DNA from: Promethearchaeota archaeon
Lineage (GTDB): Archaea; Asgardarchaeota; Lokiarchaeia; Sigyniarchaeales; SOKP01
Direction: 5' to 3'
Assembly: GCA_016840165.1 (NCBI GenBank)
Contig: JAEOSU010000100.1
Location: forward strand, 1-43,578
Length of the DNA stretch: 43,578 bases
A program made the translations under genes and the position numbers. This document shows, piece by piece, positions 29,213 through 37,212 of this stretch. Positions within the stretch are counted from its first letter, which is position 1. The number at the start of each line of letters is the position of its first letter. The notes beneath the pieces are model-generated. The model was not told the DNA's origin, did not search any database, and was given only the letters and a program-made list of their open reading frames with translations.

Positions 29213-29388
29213 TTAACCACATATTTATCTCAAAAAGCGCCGGAAGTTAAACTGTTTCGCGTTGCATCAAGTACTATAGTTGCGATCTATGGGAACATGC
29301 AAACTGTAGCTTTGGCTACGGTCATGGTGATGCAGGATATACCCGGTCCCATCCCGAACCCGGAATCGCTTTCTTTATATGTGGTTAA
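29213..29388 (+). other. Processing stem with a bulge-helix-bulge-like motif enclosing the permuted 5S rRNA
   Basis: TTAACCACATAT 29213-224 / ATATGTGGTTAA 29377-388; AAAGCG 29234-239 / CGCTTT 29367-372; central CCGG 29240-243 / CCGG 29360-363; bulges AAG 29244-246 and AAT 29364-366. Confidence 0.85.
29246..29365 (+). rRNA. rrf: 5S rRNA gene, circularly permuted (3' half 29246-29311, then 5' half 29314-29365)
   Basis: 5' half GGCTACGGTCAT...ACCCGGTCCCATCCCGAACCCGGAA and 3' half GTTAAACTG...AGTA...GGGAAC...CTGTAGC. All helices form: I 29315-321/29304-310; II 29327-335/29252-260; III 29343-346/29360-363 with loop C UCCCAUCCCGAAC; UUGCAU/AUGCAA; loop E AGUA/GAA; CUAUAG/CUAUGG. Total 120 nt. Confidence 0.93.
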
Positions 29389-29458
29389 CAATAATCCTAT
29401 ATAAAGTTAAACTCTTTTAAAAAAAAACGTTTTTAAGCGATATTTCTAATTAGATCTT

Positions 29459-30010
29459 ATGTTCCAAAAGTTATTATTAATATTAAAATCAATTGGACGT
29501 AAATGGTTTCTCATTTTTATTATAATAATATTATTCATCTTTTTGATTAATCCAGAATTCGCCATATGGATGATTATCATAACGATAATTTTATATCTCG
29601 CATCCTTTATTCCTAATTTATTCTTTTCAAATAGATTCACTCGATATATAAAGAAGTTTCATTCGATAGAAGATAAGGACCTCATGAAAAAATTCAACAA
29701 ACCACTTAGAAAAATACAAGAAACGCTTTTTGATCTCTCACAGAATCAAAAGAAAAAAGATTGGGTCATCATTTATCTAAATAAGCATTATATAATTTAT
29801 AATGAGGAGATTATAGAAAAATTTAAAGAGCTTTATAATAGTGGTTTTGGAGAAAAAGAAATCTTGGAGAATCTACAATCCTACGGGATAAAAACAAGAG
29901 CTGAAATAAAAGCGATAACGGACACATTAATTAAATATGATAAATTAGAGGAGAGAGACGTATCAGTAAAAACCCATCGCAATGAACAACGTTTTAAGGA
30001 ATCTGATTAA
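29459..30010 (+). CDS. Hypothetical membrane protein (two N-terminal TM helices plus a soluble helical domain)
   Basis: Hydrophobic residues 15-56, then a charged domain. Confidence 0.8.
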   Translation: MFQKLLLILKSIGRKWFLIFIIIILFIFLINPEFAIWMIIITIILYLASFIPNLFFSNRFTRYIKKFHSIEDKDLMKKFNKPLRKIQETLFDLSQNQKKKDWVIIYLNKHYIIYNEEIIEKFKELYNSGFGEKEILENLQSYGIKTRAEIKAITDTLIKYDKLEERDVSVKTHRNEQRFKESD

Positions 30011-30021
30011 TCTTTAATGGA

Positions 30022-31725
30022 CTAAGTCAAATCATTAATTATTCTTAAAATTAAAATTACTAATTCAATATTATTATTCTTATCTTTGGATGCAACATTA
30101 GTTGTAGCCCAATATTTAATTGTATTACCTGCTTTGTCATTAACTGCATATTCATTTTCATGAATTTTTCCATCTAAAAAAGTTTTTCTCGCAACACATT
30201 GTTTACAGGGTTTCTTTGAATTCATTAGAAATTCATAGCATTTCTTGCCGATAAATTGAGAGTTAAGTAAATTTTGGGTCTCATTGTTAACCCATATAAT
30301 ATTATAATCCTTATCGATTAATATAATACATTCTGTTAATGAACACAGAATTGCAGTAAGCAATTCATTGGTACTTTTTAATGTTTCTTCCCCCCATTTC
30401 CTTTCAAGAGCATTTCCAATAATTTCTGATGAGGTTTTTAATAGAGTGAAATCATCCGTACGCCAATGCGTTGATTCTTCTATATCATCAAAACCAATAA
30501 ATCCAAGATGATTTTCTTGGATTTTTATAGGGAATACTAATAATGATTCAATTTGCAACTTTTCAAATTGCTTTTTAGTGTGGGATTCCTCTTCTGGAAG
30601 ATCAGTTAAATTTATGTAAATGAATCCTTTTTTTTCATACTCCTTAAGAAGGTAAGGGAAATCGTCAATATTTAAATTTACTAAATCAATTTTATTAACA
30701 CTTTTTTCCTCAGAACAAGAAACTTGAGAATAAAATTCCACGGTTCGGTCTTCACTATTCAGCAATAAATAGGCTCTTTTAGCACCAATTAATCTTCCCA
30801 TATCTATTAATGATTTATCTATCGCATCATCGATATTAATATTGCTGATAAATCTGGAAGAGATGGATGAGATGACTTTTTCGATTTCTAATTTATGTTT
30901 AATTAATTGGTTAGCCTTTTTTAATTCAGTTATATCAATTAGGATTCCTTGAAACATCGTTAATCCTTTAATATTCACTTTAGATAACATTGATATTATC
31001 CAAGTAAGACTTCCATCTTTTTTATATAGTTTTAAGGTAAGAGGGTCTACTTCGCCTTCACTCCACAATTTATTAAGCCTTTCTTTTAAAATTGGAATAT
31101 ATTTAGGAGGATATGCTTTTAAATTTAAATAATTTTGATTAATCAAATCTTTTTTTGAATACCCAAATATCTTCTCAGTCGCATTATTACAATCGATTAG
31201 GTTTGCCTTATTATCAAATAATATAATTGGAAAGGGCGCTTGTTCAAAAAGATGTTTATATCTTTCCTCTGAATTTTTTAGATCTCTTTCAATTAATTTT
31301 TGGTTAGTAATATCATTCAAATAGAGAACAACAAGATCATTCGGTACAAAAAAGAAATTCATAGAATAACAAATTTGTTTATTATTAGAAGTTAGACGAA
31401 AATTCATCTCCTTTATTTCAGCTTGCTTGTTTACTACACATTCTTTGATTTTTTGGTGTATGAGAGGGTGATTACTGAAAAATATAGAAGCAGATTCATT
31501 CAATAGATGGTTTATTTTTAGGGGATTATTATTTTTCGCAGCTCTATTGTAGTCGACTAATATAAAGGTATCTGCTAATTTTTTCCAGATATAAGCAGGA
31601 TTAGGGTAGCTATCAAAAATCGTTTTAAGGATACCATGAGATAAAATTGAACTCTCGTCGATTATGGTCATTGAAATTCCATTTTTTTTTAATTTTATTT
31701 GGATTCGCTGATTTAGTCTGAGCAC
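30022..31725 (-). CDS. Multi-sensor protein PAS-PAS-GAF-PAS with no evident output domain
   Basis: SEERYKHLFEQAPFPI..DCNNATEKIFGYS, KKDGS..W, DITELK; GAF IESLLVFPI..GFIGFD; last PAS with GKKCYE..PCKQC. Confidence 0.88.
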   Translation of the reverse strand: MLRLNQRIQIKLKKNGISMTIIDESSILSHGILKTIFDSYPNPAYIWKKLADTFILVDYNRAAKNNNPLKINHLLNESASIFFSNHPLIHQKIKECVVNKQAEIKEMNFRLTSNNKQICYSMNFFFVPNDLVVLYLNDITNQKLIERDLKNSEERYKHLFEQAPFPIILFDNKANLIDCNNATEKIFGYSKKDLINQNYLNLKAYPPKYIPILKERLNKLWSEGEVDPLTLKLYKKDGSLTWIISMLSKVNIKGLTMFQGILIDITELKKANQLIKHKLEIEKVISSISSRFISNINIDDAIDKSLIDMGRLIGAKRAYLLLNSEDRTVEFYSQVSCSEEKSVNKIDLVNLNIDDFPYLLKEYEKKGFIYINLTDLPEEESHTKKQFEKLQIESLLVFPIKIQENHLGFIGFDDIEESTHWRTDDFTLLKTSSEIIGNALERKWGEETLKSTNELLTAILCSLTECIILIDKDYNIIWVNNETQNLLNSQFIGKKCYEFLMNSKKPCKQCVARKTFLDGKIHENEYAVNDKAGNTIKYWATTNVASKDKNNNIELVILILRIINDLT

Positions 31726-31856
31726 ATATTAATATCAGATAAAAATCATGCAATATTATTTTAGAGAAAAACCTATTTAAGATTAATTCATTTTTTCGTT
31801 TTTTATTTTTATATTTAATGATTTCTAGATCTCAAAAAAAAAGAAGATTAAGGGAT

Positions 31857-32135
31857 TTATATATCTAAATCTCCAAAATTATAATATTTTCTTACAGGTT
31901 TCTTAACATTCCAATTACATTCTAATCCTTTGGGAAACTGAACTAAATCCCCTTTTTTAAATTCAAGTTTTTCCCCAGTAGAGGAATCTGTTACCTCTAC
32001 CTCGCCTTCTAATATGTAACAAGTTTCAGTTTCATCATAAGACCAGGGAAAACTACTTTTCTCTTTTTCCCAGATACCCCATGATTCCACATTTAATTTC
32101 TTTAGGAGTTCTTCAGTTGGTTGTTTCTTTTTCAT
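31857..32135 (-). CDS. Cupin-domain protein (EutQ/DUF861-like)
   Basis: WGIWEKE..FPWSYDETETCYILEGEV..GDLVQFPKGLEC.W.V..PVRKYY. Confidence 0.9.
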   Translation of the reverse strand: MKKKQPTEELLKKLNVESWGIWEKEKSSFPWSYDETETCYILEGEVEVTDSSTGEKLEFKKGDLVQFPKGLECNWNVKKPVRKYYNFGDLDI

Positions 32136-32409
32136 TTCTCTTACCTAAGGATATTCATATTGTTGTTATTAGAAGTAATATATCTGACCATAAATAGTCA
32201 TTGAAAATGATTAAGTATTGAATTTATTGATCCAGATTTGTTTTTTGATACTATATGTTTAGATGAATTTTTTATTTTAATTAGAACTTAGACAAAATTA
32301 TGAATTTATGGTTTCGTAAAAACAAACAATAAAAAATGAAAACTTATATCAAATATTTATCAAGTATTTTAATTAAGTTTTGACACTTAAAATTGTAGAG
32401 TACAATACA

Positions 32410-32931
32410 ATGACTAAGAAATTCATTCTTAAAATTCTCACTGCAGGTGAAGGAGGAGTGGGAAAAACCACGCTACTCCATAGATTTGTGGAAGGGAAGT
32501 TCTCAGCGGAAACAAAAATGACAATTGGTGTAGAGTTTTTTTTAAAAGAACTAGAGCTCGATGATAAGCGTTGTACTCTTCAATTATGGGACTTTGGAGG
32601 GCAAGAACGATTTCGCTTTTTATTAGAAAGTTATGTTTTAGGGGCAAAAGGGGCTTTATTAATGTTTGATTTGACTCGGCCGATAACATTAGAGAATTTG
32701 GAGCAATGGATTAATATTGTAAGAAAAGGGGATCCAAAACTCCCTATCCTATTTCTAGGTACTAAAAATGACTTGTCAAATGATATAATGGTTAATGATG
32801 ATTATGCCTTTTCATTTATGGAGGAATTTAATTTGATGGATTATTTGAGAATCTCAAGTAAATCAGGTGAGAACGTCGCTAAAGCATTTGATATGCTTAC
32901 TAAAAGAATATTAGAACGCCAAAATTATTGA
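32410..32931 (+). CDS. Rab-like small GTPase (Ras superfamily); ORF open from 32380
   Basis: G1 GEGGVGKT, G2 TIGVEF, G3 WDFGGQERF, G4 TKND, G5 SSK. Confidence 0.95.
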   Translation: MTKKFILKILTAGEGGVGKTTLLHRFVEGKFSAETKMTIGVEFFLKELELDDKRCTLQLWDFGGQERFRFLLESYVLGAKGALLMFDLTRPITLENLEQWINIVRKGDPKLPILFLGTKNDLSNDIMVNDDYAFSFMEEFNLMDYLRISSKSGENVAKAFDMLTKRILERQNY

Positions 32932-32955
32932 AGGTATAATTCTTTATTTATTTCA

Positions 32956-33393
32956 ATGAATGAGATTTTTGTTATAATCGATGCGAATTTTATATTACTA
33001 CCATTCCAATTTAAAATCCATTACCTGGAGGAAATAGAGCAAAAGCTTCAGAGGAAAGTAAAATTCGTTGTTTTTAAGCAAGTTATTGATGAGTTAGAAG
33101 CAAAGGCAAAAAGAGAAAAGAACTCTTCTAAATTCTCACTATTACTTAATTCAAGCTTATCTTATTTAGATAAGTATAAAGAGATGTTTTCTATTCTGCA
33201 GGATCCCTCAATAAAGGCTCTTGATGAAACATCTGATTCTTTTTTATTACGGAAATGTCTAGAATTAAAAAACGAAGATTTATTAGTTTATTTAGCAACC
33301 AATGATAAAGAACTTAAAAACAAGGCAAAGCAATTCAAAATAAACATCATTTTTATGCGACAGAAAAAAATAATATCAGTTGAACGAGCGTAA
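32956..33393 (+). CDS. PIN-domain protein (Fcf1/Utp24-like)
   Basis: IIDANF, VIDELE, SDSFLL, LATNDKELK, IFMRQKK. Confidence 0.85.
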   Translation: MNEIFVIIDANFILLPFQFKIHYLEEIEQKLQRKVKFVVFKQVIDELEAKAKREKNSSKFSLLLNSSLSYLDKYKEMFSILQDPSIKALDETSDSFLLRKCLELKNEDLLVYLATNDKELKNKAKQFKINIIFMRQKKIISVERA

Positions 33394-33518
33394 AAAAATT
33401 TATTATTTCTCATTATTTCAATAATAATAATCGCTTTAACATTTCTAGAGCTATTTAAGATTTTATTTATATAAAACATTAGTTAACGGAATATCGATAT
33501 TTAAGCTTAAACAAGATA

Positions 33519-34049
33519 ATGCCAAAATCTAAGATATTAAAAACCATTATAACTGGAGATGGAGGGGTGGGAAAAACTACTCTTCTCCATAGATTTATTG
33601 AGGGAAAATTTCAAGCAAATACTCGGTTAACTATAGGGGTTGAATTCTTCTTAAAAGAGTTGAATATTGATGATGGCTCAATTCTCCTACAAATATGGGA
33701 TTTTGGGGGCCAAGAACGATTTCGCTTTCTCTTAAATAATTATGCCAAGGGAGCTAAAGGAGCTTTGCTACTTTTTGATTTAAGCCGTCCATCAACGTTA
33801 AATAGTTTAGAAGACTGGATAAGTATTTGTCGTTCAGATGATCCAAAGCTCCCAATTCTTTTGGTTGCATCAAAAGCAGATTTAGAAGATATCGTTCCCA
33901 TTAACGAGGATTTTATACAATCTTTAATAACCAAATATGATTTTTTTGATTGGATTCGAATATCAAGTAAAACGGGAGAAAATGTAGACCAAGCTTTTGA
34001 AAAAATAGCTCGCGAAATTGTAAAGCATGTTGAAAAAAGTGATAAATAA
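33519..34049 (+). CDS. Rab-like small GTPase, paralog of 32410-32931
   Basis: GDGGVGKT, TIGVEF, WDFGGQERF, SKAD, SSKTGENV. Confidence 0.95.
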   Translation: MPKSKILKTIITGDGGVGKTTLLHRFIEGKFQANTRLTIGVEFFLKELNIDDGSILLQIWDFGGQERFRFLLNNYAKGAKGALLLFDLSRPSTLNSLEDWISICRSDDPKLPILLVASKADLEDIVPINEDFIQSLITKYDFFDWIRISSKTGENVDQAFEKIAREIVKHVEKSDK

Positions 34050-34053
34050 TTTT

Positions 34054-35265
34054 ATGGATCTAATGTCCGTTAATTTTAGCTTTATCAGTCCAAAAATAAT
34101 TTTTGGTAGAGGGGAACTTAATAAGATTGGTAAAGAAACCGTTTATCTTTTAAGAAAGAAAAATCTTGAGTATAAAAATGTTCTTTTGGTGACAGGAAAG
34201 TATTCATTGAAAAAAAGTGGATATTTAGATAAAATCAGAATAATATTAGAGAATGATGGGATCAATCCTTATCTTTATGATAAAGTAGTTAAGGAACCAA
34301 CAGTCGAACTGGTCAATCAAGGAACAAAATTCGCTCTAAAGGGAGATTGTAAATTGGTGATTGGAGTTGGTGGGGGCTCAGTAATGGATACCGCAAAAAC
34401 TATTGCTGGATTAGTGACGAATGGAGGTAAAGTACAAGATTATCACGCAGGAAAGGAATTTATGAAACCTCCTTTACCATTTATTCTAGTCCCAACTACT
34501 TCAGGTACCGGGTCTGAAATTACAAATAATGCGGTAATAAAAGATCAAAAATTAGGAATAAAAAAAAGTATTCGAGGTTTATTGGCAAACACGGCTTTAT
34601 TAGATCCTGAACTTACCCTTACACTGCCTAAGGAAAATACAGCATATTCAGGTGCTGATGCTTTTGTTCAAGCTATTGAATCGTTAGTATCAAAAAGTGC
34701 AAATTTTATTTCAGACTTTTTTGCTAAAGAAGCAATAAAAACTCTAGGGGAAACCTTGCCAAAAGTAGTTAAAGATCTAAATAACATAGAATTAAGAGAG
34801 AAAATGATGCTCGGGAGCCTTTTTGATGCATTATCATTTTCTAACGGTAAGTTAGGTGCGGTTCATGGATTTGCTCATCCAATCGGTATAAAATTCGATA
34901 TTCCACATGGTCTAATTTGTGGTATGCTCCTCCCTTATGTTATGGATTTTAATTTAAAAATAGATTCCGTTGTCAAGAAGTATGCATGGATAGCTGATAC
35001 ATTTTCTGCTCAAAATATACTTAGTGATTACGGTGATTGCCCAGAGAAACTCCCTAAAGAAAATATTGAGAAAGCTAGGTGGGCAATCGAAAAATTAAAA
35101 GATATTCTCTCTTATATAGGAATACCGCTCCATTTAAATGAAATTGGGATTAAAGAATCTGATCTTGAGGATATAGTAAATGATACTAAAGGAAGTTCTT
35201 TAGAAAATAATCCACGTGATACTAATAAAGAGACTTTAAAAGCCATTCTTCGAAATGCGTTATAA
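34054..35265 (+). CDS. Iron-containing alcohol dehydrogenase (start 34054 or 34063; ORF open from 34027)
   Basis: GVGGGSVMDTAK, PTTSGTGSE, DPELT, GAVHGFAH, PHGL. Confidence 0.93.
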   Translation: MDLMSVNFSFISPKIIFGRGELNKIGKETVYLLRKKNLEYKNVLLVTGKYSLKKSGYLDKIRIILENDGINPYLYDKVVKEPTVELVNQGTKFALKGDCKLVIGVGGGSVMDTAKTIAGLVTNGGKVQDYHAGKEFMKPPLPFILVPTTSGTGSEITNNAVIKDQKLGIKKSIRGLLANTALLDPELTLTLPKENTAYSGADAFVQAIESLVSKSANFISDFFAKEAIKTLGETLPKVVKDLNNIELREKMMLGSLFDALSFSNGKLGAVHGFAHPIGIKFDIPHGLICGMLLPYVMDFNLKIDSVVKKYAWIADTFSAQNILSDYGDCPEKLPKENIEKARWAIEKLKDILSYIGIPLHLNEIGIKESDLEDIVNDTKGSSLENNPRDTNKETLKAILRNAL

Positions 35266-35317
35266 TTAAAAATCATATAACACTATTTTATCAATAATTT
35301 AAAGTAAAACACTCTAG

Positions 35318-35665
35318 TTGATTAATATGAAATTTGTAAATGAGCATGATTTTAAATACCGAAATGGAAATTCAGGGGTGAAATATTTGATGCGTGGACC
35401 AAGCATTGACTGGGGAGTAATTTTGCTTAAGCCCGGAGAATTTATGGCAGAAAAGCCCCATGGACATAACCAAATTGATGAAACTTTCTATTTTGCTCAA
35501 GGGAATGGTGTGATGATCATTGATGATAAGGAATATGATGCACCCGAGGGAACAGTTTTTCTAGTAGAACCAAAAGAAATGCATAATATTAAAAATAATT
35601 CCAAAGACGATATAAAAATCATCTTTATTAAAGGCGAGTATAAACCAGATGACAAAATTGAATAA
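35318..35665 (+). CDS. Cupin-domain protein
   Basis: PHGHNQIDETFYFAQGNG...EPKEMH. Confidence 0.88.
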   Translation: MINMKFVNEHDFKYRNGNSGVKYLMRGPSIDWGVILLKPGEFMAEKPHGHNQIDETFYFAQGNGVMIIDDKEYDAPEGTVFLVEPKEMHNIKNNSKDDIKIIFIKGEYKPDDKIE

Positions 35666-35700
35666 AATTTATTTTCTAAAAACAATTATACATTTTGATT

Positions 35701-36081
35701 ATGGCTAATAAAAAAAAAGGTAAAGGGAAGAGAGGAAAAGGCCAACAAGACCAACCAGTTATAACTCGTGTCAAATATCCAAAGAAAAAGATCGGGGAGA
35801 TGTTTGCTAGAGTGGTAGAGATTTATGGAAATGATCGTATGGGCGTATTCTGTGAAGATAGTAAACATAGAATTGGGCGAATAAGAGGTAAAATTAAAAA
35901 AAGGGTTTGGATTCGGAAAGGAGATTTAGTAATTATAAATCCTTGGGAATTTGAGACAGAAACCCCTGATAAAATGGGAAAATGTGAAATTACATGGCGT
36001 TATACTCGTGCAGAGATCTCTTGGTTGGAAAGAAATAATAAAATTCCTGAAATGTTAGATATTAACAATATCCCTTTATAA
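35701..36081 (+). CDS. eif1a: Translation initiation factor aIF-1A
   Basis: GRIRGKIKKRVWIRKGDLVIINPWEFE..KCEITWRYT. Confidence 0.95.
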   Translation: MANKKKGKGKRGKGQQDQPVITRVKYPKKKIGEMFARVVEIYGNDRMGVFCEDSKHRIGRIRGKIKKRVWIRKGDLVIINPWEFETETPDKMGKCEITWRYTRAEISWLERNNKIPEMLDINNIPL

Positions 36082-36260
36082 TTTTATATTCCTCTTTCTT
36101 TTAGTTCTTATCATTGATATGAATAATGTATTTTTACAAATAGAATTGAGAAAAAGAAAAATTTTTTAATTTAGATTTCCTTATTATCTTAGACTTCTTA
36201 TCCAAGAAATTTTTTATTCTTTAATTAAGGAGAATTCAAATAAGGAGATTGTGAAGAAAT

Positions 36261-37010
36261 ATGGTCGAAAATAATGATAAAATAAAAGATAGTGATCTCG
36301 AAGATACTAGTGAAGAAATCGTAGATGAATCAGAGGATTTAGAAGATTTAACTACACTTTTTGCTGTACGGACTACTAGAAACCAAGAGAGTAATATTTT
36401 AAAAAAGATTTTTTTTCGTTTCAAAATGTTAGATGTCATCCCAGATATCAGGGCTATGTTAGTCTCACCTCTACTTCCAGGCTATATTTTCTTCGAAGCG
36501 CCTCAAAAGCGAGATGTACAGATTGCTGTCCAAGGAATACAGCATATTAAAGGCAGAATTGTCCAAAATATAAAATTATCGGAATTAAAACATATATTAC
36601 TTCCGAGAAGTGTAACAGAATACTTAGAAGAAGGGGATACTGTCGAGATCATAAGTGGTGTATTCGAAGGTGCTCGAGCAGTAGTTATGCGAATGCCCCA
36701 TGATACATCTAGTAGTGAGGAAGTAGTTGTACGCTTATTGCAGGAGGAAACCCCTATCACCATAAAAATTCATGGAGATTATCTGAAACTTGTAGAGAAA
36801 AAGGAGCCAGTAGAAGAGGAAATTCCAGAAATCAAAGTCACAGCAGAATCAGTCATTACAGACTTAGAAAAAGCTATATCATTTGATGATGATTTAGAAG
36901 ATCTTGAGGAGGAATCGCTGGAAGCTTCGAAATCAGATAAATATGAAGATTATTATGACGAGGAGGAAGAGGATGAGGAGGATGAGTGGGCTAAATTTGA
37001 TGGTTTTTAA
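36261..37010 (+). CDS. spt5: Transcription elongation factor Spt5 (NGN+KOW) with acidic N- and C-terminal extensions
   Basis: LFAVRTTRNQE, LPGYIFFEA, KOW LEEGDTVEIISGVFEGARAVV. Confidence 0.9.
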   Translation: MVENNDKIKDSDLEDTSEEIVDESEDLEDLTTLFAVRTTRNQESNILKKIFFRFKMLDVIPDIRAMLVSPLLPGYIFFEAPQKRDVQIAVQGIQHIKGRIVQNIKLSELKHILLPRSVTEYLEEGDTVEIISGVFEGARAVVMRMPHDTSSSEEVVVRLLQEETPITIKIHGDYLKLVEKKEPVEEEIPEIKVTAESVITDLEKAISFDDDLEDLEEESLEASKSDKYEDYYDEEEEDEEDEWAKFDGF

Positions 37011-37212
37011 TTCCATTCTCTTACTTAAGTCCTTTTTTATACATCATTCTAATTTGTCATTAATGTGAAAAAAATAATAGAATTACTCGTCAAAACTGCT
37101 TAATATTTTGTCATCATATAAAAATTACTTTAGATAAAAGAATTTTTAAACCTAAACTATCATTAAACAAGTATAGTATAGAAAAAACCATCAAAAATGT
37201 TATTGATTTAGA

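Noticed and set aside
29240-29365. Collapsed tandem 5S repeat or decayed pseudogene as the explanation
   Set aside because: Disfavoured but not excluded without reads: the halves are joined without a spacer, all helices are intact, and the non-5S flanks pair with each other into a precisely placed BHB-like stem.
29180-29404. 74-aa ORF from the ORF track
   Set aside because: It overlies the permuted 5S rRNA and its stems; the peptide (DIPGPIPNPE) is translated rRNA.
36950-37010. Spt5 tail EEDEEDEW resembling the WASP acidic Arp2/3-binding motif
   Set aside because: Low-complexity match with no WH2 or central helix; likely coincidental.
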